A stretch of DNA of 63,589 bases, filler included, from Perkinsus chesapeaki ATCC PRA-425 (Eukaryota; Protista; Perkinsozoa), in NCBI GenBank assembly GCA_013115145.1. It is 11 parts of 11 records of this genome, joined end to end, with 100 filler letters (N's around TTAATTAATTAA, not from the genome) between each part and the next. Parts side by side here need not be neighbours in the genome. Positions count along the whole stretch, not along the records: positions 1 to 21,087 come from JAAPAO010000603.1; positions 21,188 to 31,955 come from JAAPAO010000876.1; 9 more parts are not named here. The stretch is one strand, 5' to 3'. Below, one piece after another: positions 13,501 to 25,980 of this stretch. The number at the start of each line of letters is the position of its first letter. Position 1 is the first letter of the stretch. The notes below the pieces were generated by a model that was not told the origin of the DNA, searched no databases, and saw only the letters and a program-made list of their open reading frames with translations. Both the position numbers and the translations under genes were made by a program.

Positions 13501-13662
13501 TTTCCGATTGCCCGTCTCCCTTACAATGTCGACTCTGATCGGTCCCGTTGTGCCTTCTATAGTGACCAAATCTAGGTCTTTGTGAGTCTCTGCCGCTTGG
13601 GGATCAAGAGTAATTCGGAGCACTCTGGTAAGGATATGTTCGGTACGCGTGTTAAGATCCAT
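4547..13662 (-). CDS. UFD2: Ubiquitin conjugation factor E4 / U-box ligase (UFD2/UBE4 family), multi-exon
   Basis: Manual splicing gives 'EHILTRVLRITLDP' (N-terminus), 'QIFWQAVQALHIF', 'LPTCIIDDIVDVL', 'KNPSVRGQAAK', 'KFVNQLLNDTTYLLDE', 'LVGPKCLELK..YNFDPKDLL', 'DDQRYYSPQTFNKA' and the U-box 'IPDNYLDPIMAEVMIDPVKLPGSGQIMDRRHI..DPFTREPLKVEDLEPLPELKAEIHAF'. TGA at 4547-4549. Exons between 8600 and 13500 are only partly resolved. Confidence 0.9.
4932..4943 (-). promoter_or_regulatory. GCTTCGCTCCGC motif in UFD2 intron 4918-4960
   Basis: Exact 12-mer also at 5868-5879 and 7276-7287 (introns 5841-5894 and 7246-7291) and at 45438 and 45958. Confidence 0.5.
5244..5289 (-). other. 46-nt spliceosomal intron of UFD2 made of a tRNA 3' half
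   Basis: GTGGGTGCCAGGTTCGATTCCCGGTAGCGGCATTTTCCTGGAATAG; removal restores LAEM-YVYLARG. Confidence 0.8.
5935..6060 (-). other. 126-nt UFD2 intron starting with a tRNA 3' half
   Basis: GTATGCGAGGAGGTCTCGGGTTCGAATCCCGCCGAGGGTATATT...TTTCAG; removal restores TYLLDE-GLDSL. Confidence 0.8.
7133..7179 (-). other. 47-nt UFD2 intron made of a tRNA 3' half
   Basis: GTAAGAGGTCTCGGGTTCGATTCCTGGTAGAGGCATTTTCCCTGCAG; removal restores RNTSR-IVEQ. Confidence 0.8.
11221..11269. repeat. Perfect 24-bp-arm inverted repeat inside the UFD2 span
   Basis: GACGCAGCTGAGCAATAGTGGCGG-C-CCGCCACTATTGCTCAGCTGCGTC. Confidence 0.95.
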
Positions 13663-14102
13663 ATTAAATAAATAGACCTATCAACTGGAACAGAAAAGCA
13701 AGCTGTATTTTTCCGGAAAAAATAACCTGTAAGAAGGGGTGGAGTTCTCATCACACTACTCATTTTAACTTCGCGATTATTAATTTAGTTATTACCGAAC
13801 TCTTTTCGTGAGGAACTATTTCCGAGTCGCAAACAATTTGGCCGGACATGCACGTCCAACCAGACAGGCCCAATCGTGTGAATTTCTCAGAAGGCTGCTG
13901 TAGTTCTATCAATATTATATTCGAATAATTTATATCATATCATTTATACTATTTATACCAAATTGGCTTTCTGGCGAAAGCCTGCGTCTGGTTAGTAGGC
14001 CAAAAATTTTTTATGAACTTCCAGTAAACTATATTCCTGGGTGTCGGATAGACGCCTTCCTAGGGAATTTCTCCTCATTAGAGAGCCCATGAGATAACGC
14101 AA

Positions 14103-16640
14103 ATCGATCGCTCGATCGATTGGTACTGAATGAGATCGAAAAATACACACATAATCATACACGGCTACAGTAAATGTGACATTCTACTCCTCGTTATCGG
14201 AGAAAAGATCATCATTTTCAATACTATACCTGAAATTGGAAACCCACTGCTATCATTCCCGCACAGGTTCTATCCCCGAGGCTTACACATAAGTGTCGCT
14301 GCCGCCGCAAAATGCAGGTATATGTCGAGGTTCTATGAACCTACTAAGATACTCCAACGGGTCATCCCGAGGCACCAGACGGATCTTAGAAACCGTTTCC
14401 GCGGATAGAGATGGTCGGATCTGAGACGAGATAATCAAATCGATCACGCGATCGATTCACTCACGATGTTCCAGAATTGCTTGCCGGCCCAGTTAAGATT
14501 GGTGACAAGCACCAGTCCAACTCGCTCTGGGTACCGATCTTTGAGAAGCTCTATTATTGCCTTTGTCGACGGTACCTTACATCACAACAACACTGCGGTA
14601 TCAAACTATCAAAAAAACGGAGCAAGCATGGAGAGGTGATGACGAGAAAGCAGGACAAAGTCGAGGAAAAAACAAACAAGTTTCGGGAAGAGGAAGAGGA
14701 TTTTTCCTCCGTTCCTCTTGTCCAGTTTTCCTTCACGACGTTTCTATTATAGAAATACATGGATGCTTTCCCACGCACTTAAAGTACGATGAAGTATATA
14801 ACAGCATGGTAACGTGACGAACAAGTGCTACGACATCAAGTGCCAGAAGATCAGCCAAACTAGTGGAAAACCTTACTAATGAATTCATTAAAAAAACTAA
14901 TCATTTTATTCACTGAGGTGCGCTGTATAATAATTCATCATATCCTATCCCAGTAATTATAAGCCCGCGAACTAACATATGATTGAGGCACATCTGGAGA
15001 AAACGAACGGGAAAATCAAGTGGAGCTGGTTGAAAATTCCAATGATCTATTGGCACGAAAATCACCAAGAATGCAGAAAAAAATCGCCAGAAAACCTACA
15101 TCGAAATTCTTGTATCCGCATCGGGACATGTCCGCCAAAACGATCAACTGTGACGGTGCCGAGGACCCTTCACCGTGATCAACCATCTTCGACACGCACC
15201 GTTCAACACTATATATAAGGTACCTCTCGAACCTAATTAAAAGACCGCGCGCCCTGATGATCGATCCCCATCTAGGCGAACATCGTACTCATTCTCATCC
15301 CTTTCCCGAGGCTCCGTGAGGCGCGGTCGGAAGATTAGTATCGGCCTGCCGTGAGTGTCTCTGCCGCGAGGGTAGAGTACACCTTTACGACGCTCGGTCG
15401 TTATCGAATCAGGATCGATTCCGCGAGGTGGATGGCCGACACCGAAGGTAGACAGGCGCCAAGCTAGAGTATCTAAGGTGAATTTGCTATCGATCATGTG
15501 ATCGATTCGGGGAACAAATGCCTTGTACTGAAATGGATGCTTGGATAGCAGTCAATTTAGGCCCTAAATCCAGCTGGAAACCCATTAATTGTAGAAAACC
15601 TTTTTTCTATTCGGAATCTCTCGATAATAAGTCCTTCAGTACGCCGACACTTCGAGATGATTTTTCATTTTCTCTGGGACAGTATAAATTCCCATCCCCG
15701 CTTTCGCGCTTGGAAGTCGCCCTCCATTTCGATGCCTAGTCAAATTGAACTAGTTATTCTAATATTTTTAAAGTACTGACAACTGTACTTCTTTCCGCGC
15801 TCCAGACTATCAGACGTGCCAATAAAAACAGCCGAACCCTCATTCAAAACGCTCCAATGTTGAACAGATCAGCCCACCTCTGAGTTTCGTGAATGCCTCC
15901 TCGGTGCTCCAATCAGATGCCATCAGATATCGCCGACAGTCAAGCTCTGTCGGACACACTTGCCCGGTTTCCGCTGCAGTTTTCTTCACGCGTTCCAATC
16001 TGGTCGGAAAATGCGCGTAAATCTTTTTAAAAAAATGGCCTACATTTCCCGTGTTCTCGCCACTTGCTCAGTTTCCGATACCTTTTCACCTGAAAATCTC
16101 ACGGTCAAGCTTCGACCTAAGATACCCTTAGCTTACCTGTTTTAGAATTCCTCAGCTTCTTCTCACTCAGCTCGTAGTCGAACGTTCGAGGATCTGAAGT
16201 ATATCGCAACAGATAAAAAGTTACCTCTGCAACTTAGCTGCAATAAAGGTAAGAAGTGTCTTTCAAATGAATTGTTTCATTCAGAATTTCGCACCTTTAA
16301 TCGTTGAGATTTGCTGATTGGTCATTGCCAAATACAATAAACAGAAGTGTAAGTGCCGAATCGAGATTTTTTCAAGGGAAATTTCGCAAGTCTTCTGATA
16401 ACAATTCATAACGATTCTGATATCTCTCCTCCACTGAAAATGTAAAAAAGGTTTCCAAAAATTTTCGGTGATTTTCTCCGGGAAATTTTTTTCTTACCGT
16501 TTCGGCCGGGCTCAAAGTCTCCTTTTTTAGCGCCGGAATTAAGGTACTCCTCGAGCTTCCAAACGTGCCGAAACCAAATATCATAAAACGGATTCCCCGA
16601 CCGATCATACGGTCCTGAGCAAATCGATCGCGTGATCGAT
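14103..16640. repeat. Four copies of palindrome ATCGATC-N4-GATCGAT
   Basis: At 14103-14120, 14439-14456, 15489-15506 and 16623-16640. Confidence 0.9.
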
Positions 16641-17519
16641 AATGCGTATCTTCTCACTACCGACCTACCTTTGCACATTCTCGCTATAAGCCCCTGCGCA
16701 CGGCGGAGGTTTGGCAAAAGATATTTTACTAATCGCTGTACAAGCATATCTTTTTGTCTCGTCGACGTAGCGATGCTGACGATACACGTTATTGAGCTTC
16801 CATGAGAATTAGGAAGGTCTTCTACCCTCCAAAACATATAGTCCACTTCAACCTGAAAACAAGCAGTATTTAGTTATTTGATTTATAAGTTATAACTGAT
16901 GAACTACTCTGCATTTCCACTAATACGCTATAAGCCGAATTCGCCGTTCAAAACTTTTGCTTTGAATTCGACTTTTCCTGATTATTCGACCACGGTTTCG
17001 GTTCTCTGCACTCAACGAACGTATTCTTCGCAGGGAAGCTCCATTGTGAAAGTTACATTATAGAATCGTATAATACAACTTCCGACCTTTCTCTCTTTTC
17101 TCCTAGATAACGACCCCGGGGGTTATAACCCCCGACAACCCGCGAAATAATAGAACAGTCGTTTTCTTGGAGCGACAGGATACGAGCTTCAGATTATGCG
17201 GCAAACGCTGGAATCTCGCGAGCGAACTATTTATCTTCAACCTCGCGGAATCCAGATCCGGAAGCTGACGCCTACATATCTTCTGACAATAACCGACAGC
17301 AAAGCTTACCCTCCTTCCCTGACCCTCAAAAGATTCCTCGGATGTCGTTGCTAGCATTTCCCTTCTATCATCGACGTGTGATCGAATTAGATCTGCTCGA
17401 AGCTTAGGACCACGAAGATTCTCATCTCCAATGAAGAGACTTGCCAAGTCCGTGGTTACTCCCGAATCTGACAGCGAGGAAATCAGAGTAATCTTTGTGT
17501 GCAACAGCCGTGTCGACAT
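14283..17519 (-). CDS. Sec14-like CRAL-TRIO lipid-binding protein, multi-exon
   Basis: Exons read 'DTLAWR...KGVLYPRGRDTHGRPILIFRPR', 'AIIELLKDRYPERVGLVLVTNLNWAGKQFWNI' and 'IRPSLSAETVSKIRLV..FIEPRHIPAFCGGSDTYV*'. The 5' exons (16500-17519) are less certain. Confidence 0.8.
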
Positions 17520-17899
17520 GATCCTATAGTGCAGCGCGCCGGATCTCGATAGTTCAAACCCGTGAAAGGCTATAATTTAGCAACTCGCGGATGTCAAATT
17601 TGCGACTGAGTGTCCAAGAAAACAGAGTAGACTATCGGCTCTATTCCATAGAGAACTTCACTAAGATTCAGAATCTTGACCGAATGAGACTGGGAGGATG
17701 GGGAGTCCTAAGCAATATGAAATACAATGTATATTGTCATAATCGGTAACTAACCGATCGATAGTAATATCACGACAGCCCCCATGAAGGGAATCATCTG
17801 AAAATTTTGAGGAAGTATACGAGATACGAAAACGAGATAGCTGAAGCCGATTCCGCTCAGGTGGAAGTTGGCAAGCCACAGTGCAGAGTTTAGGGACAT

Positions 17900-18400
17900 T
17901 CCTGCACTACAGACCAATAAAAGCCCGCTGGCCTCGAGCATGCTAAACCACCGAGCCGAAGACTCAAATGGCTATGCAACAATATCGTGCTTCTAGACAA
18001 TACTGGCTAGATCTCGCCAGCTCACCTTTATCAGAAGAAATAACAGTAATTGGTTGAAAACAAGATCCATCAAGGCGAGTCAGCCAAGTGCCAAACGCGC
18101 CCTCAGACAACTCGCTCCATACGCGCTTGCTGTCCACACCATCAAGCAAGTGCACTAAGCGGAATTTCGTAGCGGGCGACGCTTTGTTTACCTACCAAGC
18201 GATCATCACAAAACAAACAAGGCCACTATTTCGACGCTCCACTACACTCACGGTTTTATCAACAGTAGCGTAGTGATCATGCTAACGTAGCAGTTCAATG
18301 ACACTTTTTGCCATCCTCGGATGGGTTTCACAATTTCCTTCACAGACTCGTTAACGCCTACTGGTGGGGAGAAGAGCGAAATTCCATAGAGCTTGCTGCA
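17900..18400 (-). pseudogene. Decayed LTR-retrotransposon integrase remnant
   Basis: Stop-riddled reading 'KPIRGWQKVSL', 'LFVL..' and 'TWLTR..VISSDKG' resembles the integrase at 43003-44224. Confidence 0.4.
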
Positions 18401-18568
18401 CACTTTTACCCTGCTGTGAGAATCGTAACTTGTGATTCAAGCAAGATTAGCAAGATTGCAAGAATCTCTTGTGTAACACAAATATCTTTGAGCTAAGCTT
18501 AGTGTAGATTGATTGTCTAGTAGTAGACTCATAAACTTTGCTGTATATATTCTTATTCCACGAGCTCT

Positions 18569-21087
18569 ATGCCGATGCGTTATCAATTCATTAACTTCAA
18601 GTTCAACGAGAGCCAAGTACAGCAACAGCTGGCTCCGATGCAGCCCGTTGGACTTTTTGGTGCTAATGGTGATGTCAACAGCTTTCAGCAGAAATTGTTA
18701 TTGGTCCTGCAGCCGTTCCGTCTGTCAAAATGGATTGATGAGTACAAGGAACTGGAAGGGCAAGTTAAAGGGAGCGGTGACACTGTGGTAGTAAACTCAG
18801 TTTATTACTCTTTGGCTAATGAGCTCATGTGGGAAGGTTACCTCGACTTCAACGTCAATAGACTACCGGCTACAGTAGATCCGGCTATGGATTTTGTAGC
18901 ACATGCAGCACTTTGGATTAGTGCCGGTAGGACGTTGGTTTCGATGCCAGCTAAGGACGCTCTGTTAGAAAATGTTATAGAAGCTTTTGATCAGGAATTG
19001 ATTGGTTCTGCATCAACAAAAGAAAAAGGCATCGTTACTGAGCGAGCCAAAGATGTTAAGAAGGAGAAAGATGAAGATGTTCCGAGTACTTTAACTTTGA
19101 AGGCCTTCCGAGATGAAGTTAATACAGCTAACACCCTGCCCGTTAATGAGACTTATGAAGGGGAAGGTGGGAAGCTGAGCGCTACTCGGTGGAAGTCTAA
19201 AGTTGAAGATGAGACTTCTTCCTTAGGATCTCCGGTGGTTACCTTCTTTTATGCTAAGCGTACTTGTAACGAGGTTACTTGGAAGGAGTTCAGTGGTAAG
19301 GACTTCGACAAGTTGCCCCGTAATTACTCGGCTTACGAGCAGGCCCTCGAGAAGCTCTGGAGTCGTGCTATGACTAAGGACACCCAGGCGGCTCGTGAGA
19401 ATCTGTTGGTACAATGGTCCTCTTTGAAGCAGACTAAAAATGAGTCAGTTAGTGGTTTTGCATCAAGGGTATTAGATATGAGAGAAGAGAGGGAGCTTAT
19501 AAATATGAATGTTAGCGATGATGAAGTTAAAGCTATTTTTCGTCGTGGTCTACGCTCCCCAGATTTGGCTCTGTGGGCTTTAGATAGGGCTGCTCTTCCG
19601 ATATCTAAGTTTCTGTCAGCTGTGATTAGTCATGCTGATGAGATGGTTCGCCTTGGTGTAACAACATCCACTTCGAAGGACTCTCAATCAGAGCGGAAGA
19701 TCTGTAAATTCTTTGCTCGTACTGGTTCATGTAAATTTGGGGAACATTGTCGATTTAAGCATATCATAACTAATGACGACGGTATCAAAAAACAGACTAC
19801 TGATGAAAGTAAGCCTTCAATACCCCAACCGGTCCCAACGGCGCCTAGTACAAATGTATCTCCAAGTAATAGTGATAATAAAGTAATACAAAGGGATAAG
19901 TCAATCTGCTATATATGTAAGAGGCCTGGGCATTTGGCCCGGAATTGCCCTAATAAGCAGCAAGCCAGCCCTTTAAAAGCTACTGAAGATGTAACCCCAA
20001 CAGATGAAATTGTTGAAGATGATGATGTTATTGGTGCTATTTCTTATGAAGAAGTGAAGCCGAGGGTATGGTCAGCAACGAAGATACCTATAACGGTCAC
20101 CTGCCCATCATCATTAAGTAAAACGGTCTCTAAGAAAGCATTGGTCGATACCGGTGCAAATAAGAATTATCTGTCCACGGATAAAGCTGCCCTGGTAAGC
20201 AATGTTTTAGGAATGACGACGCTACCTTTGGAGACCGAGCATGTTTCTAAGCAAGTGGATGGTGCGCCATTAAAAGCTAAGACGCAGATTAAGTTACGGG
20301 TATCACTGGTTGATGTTACATTCGAGGACCCGGTTCTATCGTTTTATGTACTGGATAAGATATCTCCTGAAGTTATTCTTGGTATTACAGGTCTTCAGCA
20401 ACTTGGCCTGAAGATAACTTTACAAGGTGGTATTACGATCCAGCAATCTTATGTTCCTCAGTTCCTGTCCACCTCCTTCATAACTAATGAATCTGAAGAC
20501 GAGGTGGCTGTGGTAGAAGACACAGACGTGACCAAAAATGGTCAGTTGTTTGAAGAAGCTACTACTTATTGTGAACCACATATGCGAGAAGGTCCGGTGC
20601 CAAATAAGGATATTGGTTATGAAGAAGCACTACAAGCCCTGATGAATTGGCAGCCCGTGAGATCGGCACCAGATTATTCCTTCCGGGTTTGTCCAATTGG
20701 TGATAAGAAGAAAGACTCTCCTAATCAGCGTTATTATTTCGAGATTTATATTCCTACTAAAAAGTCGCATCATAACTGTCGTCGTAAGTATGATTATAGT
20801 ACCAATTTGTTGAGTAAACTGCCATCGTCTGATCGAGAATCTTATTTTTCTGAAATCGATCAATATGTGAGTAGACAATGGTGGAAACCATCTGATTCCA
20901 TCGAGTCCTCCTTTGTTAATGATACTAATTCTGTAAGTCCCATAATAGTTTTTCCAGTATCGCAACAAGGTCGAGGCATTAGGCCTTGTGCCGATTGCCG
21001 TGAGACCAATAAATGCCACCTGGGCCCCGCTCGTTCGCCACAAGGGATCGATGGGGAGGAAGATGAGCTCACAAGCAGGACGATCAG
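18569..21087 (+). mobile_element. Ty3/gypsy-like gag-protease-(RT start) polyprotein, cut by contig end
   Basis: CCCH finger CKFFARTGSCKFGEHCRFKH, CCHC knuckle CYICKRPGHLARNC, protease ALVDTGA, RT start 'IVFPV...IRPCADCRETN'. Confidence 0.9.
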
Positions 21088-21187
21088 NNNNNNNNNNNNN
21101 NNNNNNNNNNNNNNNNNNNNNNNNNNNNNNNTTAATTAATTAANNNNNNNNNNNNNNNNNNNNNNNNNNNNNNNNNNNNNNNNNNNN
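21088..21187. other. Artificial contig linker (N-run + TTAATTAATTAA), repeated at 10 positions
   Basis: Identical stop-in-all-frames 12-mer flanked by Ns at every junction. Confidence 0.97.
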
Positions 21188-24100
21188 AAAGAGGGAAGAG
21201 ATACTGAACAGTATTGCGATAATTGAAAGTCTCAATCTGATAATATTCCGTCTCACTCGCACTCACCGGTGGTGTACAACGCGCTCTTCCTCGTTTCTTC
21301 CAGTACAGAACTCACAGACTTGCGGGGGAGAATGAACGGTAGCTGTCGGAACTTTTCATGAACATGTGTTCTCTGTGAATGAGGATTTACGGTCGTGATT
21401 CTCTGTTAAATGAGTGGCCGGGGCGGCCGGCGGAATGCCCTTGACTGATAGGCAAATCTCGGGGGATTCGCCTCCCCGTATGTCGGTGCAGGATATTTAT
21501 GTTTGCGTCCTCGAAGAAAGTAACTGGTTGGTTGTGAAGCGCAGAAGGCATTGGTAGCGGGACATGGCGCAAGAATGAGCCCAAATTTCCCGTTGCAATG
21601 AGCGGCATTGTAATCGATTATTGAAGGTGTTCGAATCAATGCCATTCACGGTTTGCTCCCAGACACTTTGATCAGCGATTTTGCCGGAACCATTTTAATA
21701 GGCACTGTATAGAGTGACTATTCATCGTATTAGGCAGTGATCTACATGCAAGAGAGGAGTTCCCCGTTTCTCAAATTGTCCCCTGCAGACTCCTGGCTCA
21801 TGGTCCACGGACATGGGTAATTAGTAGTTGGATTGAGCGAACTATTATGACAGCACGAGCAACGCACAACACTTCAGCATTGTCACGATGGTTAGTCACA
21901 ACACAATGCCATTGAGTTGTATTCTCAAAGCATTGCACACAGCACACATGCGTTTTATCTTCAAGTACCTAAAATATGGTTTTCATCCCTTATGAAGTCG
22001 TCTACTGCATGTGGCCCACGTTATGTCCATGAAATTCGTAAGTTAGTGTGCTACAAGTGAACATGCTTCTCTCGGGGGTACTGCGGTCACCCTGTCCGGC
22101 TGTTCGATACGGTACATGCCCAGATAATCGGACTTGATTTTATGTATGTAATGTAGACGCGTACAAGTGCGACACGAGTCTCCAACGGAGACTCTCCGTC
22201 ACCAACGTGTCGCAACCCACTGCGGCAATGATCCTTACCGCCTCCGTTCGAGAATCCAACTTGGACTTGCAACCCGTTCAGTGTGCCTTCCGTTTATGCC
22301 TGCTCACAATCTGCCTCTTGACTCAATGGGAAGAGCGAGACCGGCTATATCGGTTCCTGGACAGTTCTCCTCCGAGGAGTCTCCCGATGAGAAGGCCCAT
22401 CGTGATGTATTCATGGCAATGTGTTTCCACGGTTGGACAGCTCGTATGAGAAGTGCTCATGTCCTTCACCCTTTCAAGAAGATTTTAATTCTCAATCCGA
22501 AGCCCGTGGAGACAGCGAAGTTCGACGGGCAGTCCTCGCCCAAACAATCGTAGGAACCTCGAGAGTCTCCTGATCGAGTTGAGCCAACCCAGTTGACCGT
22601 CGATTTCCCTCCACACTCGAGAAAGGTTCCGAGAGCTCCACCCTCTCTCTCAACATTAATCTTGAATTCAGGTTAGCATCTTGTAATAGATGCTGGGGAA
22701 GACTCCTGTAGACATCAACCTGAAGTACCGTCGTCCCTTATCGTCATTATGCTTTCGTTATCCTTTTTGATGTAGACAAGCCTGCTACTAGCCGTGGTTG
22801 AGGTTAGAGCTCAACAAAATAGCTTCGGCTCTACCTTCGAATATGAGACTCGGTACAGCTGGTAGTGAACTACTAACAAAGGTCAACTAGTAGAGACTGT
22901 TCGTTTGTCGATCGCATCCTGATACCTATTCCGGTGGTGAGTAGTTCAACCCAGTGACACTGGATGATATCGTTGGATTATTTCAGTCTGTTTGTTTTTT
23001 CTCGTGCCCTAAGGCAGCTTCTCCTCGCTTGAACGCTACAAGCGGGTCGTAATATTCTATCTCGAAGCCCCCCGTTTTTTGCATTGCAAAGTCTCTGAAG
23101 TGTCACTGCCTACGGTGCAAACGGTGATTCTTCATATGTTAACATCGTAGTCTAGTTCACCCTTAGAAACTTTGCTCTCATGAGCACCTATGTGCACCTA
23201 TGTGCGAGCTTGCAGCCGAACGCTGGTACATTTTCGTTAACCTGGCACCAATGTACTCTAATGACTAGCAGAGGAAATCGGCATGCTTTCATCTTTCCTT
23301 ATTGTTCAAGTCCCTGGTTATTCCGGTATACTCTGTCGCCCTGACTCTCATGGAGTCTTTTTCATTGTGATAATACTGCTTTGGGTTTCTCAGTTGTGAG
23401 CCTGGGATTGCGGCATTTTCCAGTTTTTGTCTGTGAATGTACCCGTCGCTAATGCGATGCAGTGAGACTTATGCCCGTGACTGCGAAGCGATTCGCGAGG
23501 AGGACTCCTCCTCGAAACCTGTGGGAGAACTAGCCAAGGTTGATGACTCCGCAATGGAGCTTCCTCAAGACATTTATATCGCTATGATGACACTCGGCAA
23601 AGAGGCTCGTGTCCGTGCAGCACATGTCCCTCATCAATACAGAGAAATCCTTTTTATTCCGTGCTCATCGCCACCAAACCCTTCAGTAGAGTTGAGCCGA
23701 GGCTGCAGGTCTTGCTCCAGATCCATCGTGGCATCATGACAAATCCTTGTGCAATTTACATGATCTGTACTATTCAATCAGTAGGAGTGATGTGAGGCTT
23801 GCCATCAAGGGGATGGCCTCGCGTCACCATTTTCACCACTCATCAGCATCTTCAGCGTTGCGTAATATTTAGTAGTGTGGGGCTACTGCAAGCTCGGCGT
23901 ACCAGACTCTGGATAATTGCCATATTTACTGTGAACCTTTGAAGATATGCTCGACACAGTGTAAGAAGCATTAGCAGTGACCGAATTTGCTTCTTGAATG
24001 TACCTCGTAGGGCAGACTGCATATTGTGCTAAAAGCCTCCGACTCACGGAAGACGCCTGGATGCCGCAGTCGTGTTCCTGAGCGGTTGATCTTCAACCGA

Positions 24101-24199
24101 TGGTCGCCCCGCTATTTTCACAACCTCAGTCGTCACAAGACCCTCTTATGTTGAGCCTGTACTTGAGCGGTTCCTGTTTCCTTTGTGAAAATATACATA

Positions 24200-25980
24200 C
24201 AGTACGCGACATATAGAGATGCGCGGTCTGGACGGGTAAAAATATCGATAAGTATGTCGAATTTCGAGCTAATTCCTTGTCTATTGAATTCTCCATACTC
24301 GATTACCCATAAATCGAGCTTGCCCCGCTCTAACTCGACAAAAAATTTTTTAGCCATTTTTCGTGCATAGAAGCGCGACATTTCAGCGCGCTCACGACGG
24401 TTTGGAGCTGTTTTGTTCCGGTTTTCGACTTTATTTATGATGCAGATCAACATGCCCCGTATTACTGAACTCAATGAAGCTAACCGTAAAATACATAAAA
24501 AACTAATAAACGCACAAGACACAAAAACCTGTTCAGTCGAGACGGCTGCGGCTAAATCTTCCACCTCTGGATGGCTCCGCAGGAGGGGGCAGCATGGGAG
24601 CTGACCCTCTATGTTTACGGCGGGCTTTTCTAAGGTTTTTGATCTCTTCAAGTGTCATACCGTCGACATAACACTTAAGATACTCCCTGGCTGACCGGAA
24701 GTGCTTCCGGATGAGAAGTAATGTCAAGTCAGCCGGCTGCTGAGAATTCTCAACACGCTGCACAAATCCGGCCGAGGACACCGAGGAGTTCCCGATTCTG
24801 ACAGCTTAGGCGACCGAACGGTAAGCAGCTTCGATGGGAGCGAGCTCAGGGTGGAACTTGACACCATATATTACTCGGCCACCACGAGATTCAGCTTGTT
24901 CTTGAAGAAGCGTCTGCTGAGAAGCAAAGTCCTCGCATGCCGATAACACCTGAACCAGTTCGTCCTGCTTCTTCCCCACCACAGCATCATCACCAAACCT
25001 TTCAGCTACCACTTGCCTAAGGCCTTTAGGTAAGCCAGGATAACAAGCGTGGTCCATCGGGAACACCATATCCTGGGTAACACGCTCGCCGTCACGCTCA
25101 AACCAACCTGAGCGCATCAGCGGCTGCTTCCCTCCAGGCTTAACATTCATAGCTTTGGCATTCAGGCCATCGTCGGGATACTTGCAGTGTATGGGGCTTC
25201 GATCAGTCAGAAATACGCAGCCCAGTCTACCATCACTAAGAGTTCTTACTGCCTCGCTGCACTCCGCAAAATCCACCAAACATCGGTCGTTGTTGTAGTA
25301 GCCATCCGCTGCAACGCCTAGAACTGAGCCTGTCCGCTCTCCGGGAACGAGGATATCGTTCTCGCTGTACCGGACAAATCCATAGATCTCAGACAGGAAG
25401 TCAGAAGTCATAACAGTGCGGCCCAGCGGTGGACGTGAGGAGAGGCAGGGCCCTCGTTAGGCTTGTCAGCCTTAGCTTTCAACCTGAGAGACTTCTTCGG
25501 ACGGCTTTTGGCCTTGGCAAGTGACAGCTTATGATGGACGGTGAGGTCATCTTCAGCGTTAGAAGCCGACAACCCGGCAGAAGTAGCAGAGCTCTGACTC
25601 GGACCGAGTACTTCAGGAGAAGGAAATTTTTCTGGTGCGTGCATAGCAGGAAAGACTTCTAAGTTTCGAGACGTAACACTAAGCTTGTCCGAAGAGCAGA
25701 TCTACTAGCTAAGACCTTTCCATTAATTATTGATTGAGTGGTTCAATGCGAGCCAACCTTTGCGAGATTACTGATGCTAGCGCGCATCGCGCGCTGAAAT
25801 GTCGCGCTTCTATGCACGAAAAATGGCTAAAAATTTTTTTGTCGAGTTAGAGCGGGGCAAGCTCGATTTATGGGTAATCGAGTATGGAGAATTCAATAGA
25901 AAGGGAATTAGCTCGAAGTTCGACATACTTATCGATATTTTCACCCGTCCAGACCGCGCATCTCTAGATGTCGCGTACTG
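24200..25980. mobile_element. IS630-Tc1-mariner-type DNA transposon, ~192-bp TIRs, TA target duplication, non-autonomous
   Basis: TA|CAGTACGCGAC... at 24200 and ...GTCGCGTACTG|TA at 25980. TIRs 24200-24391 and 25789-25980 are nearly identical. Confidence 0.92.
24533..25411 (-). pseudogene. DDE transposase C-terminal part with an in-frame stop at 24806-24808
   Basis: 'GRTVMTSDFL', 'PKGLRQVVAERF', 'VKFHPELAPIEAAY' (P-x-F-H-x-E-L-x-x-I-E motif) and 'SAREYLKCY'. The N-terminal domain is absent. Confidence 0.8.

Noticed and set aside
21088-21187. Recurrent TTAATTAATTAA palindrome
   Set aside because: Always flanked by Ns; an artificial contig linker. Adjacency across these linkers has no biological meaning.
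21188-24100. Short ORFs 22167-22553 and 23437-23739
   Set aside because: No recognisable domain or gene model.
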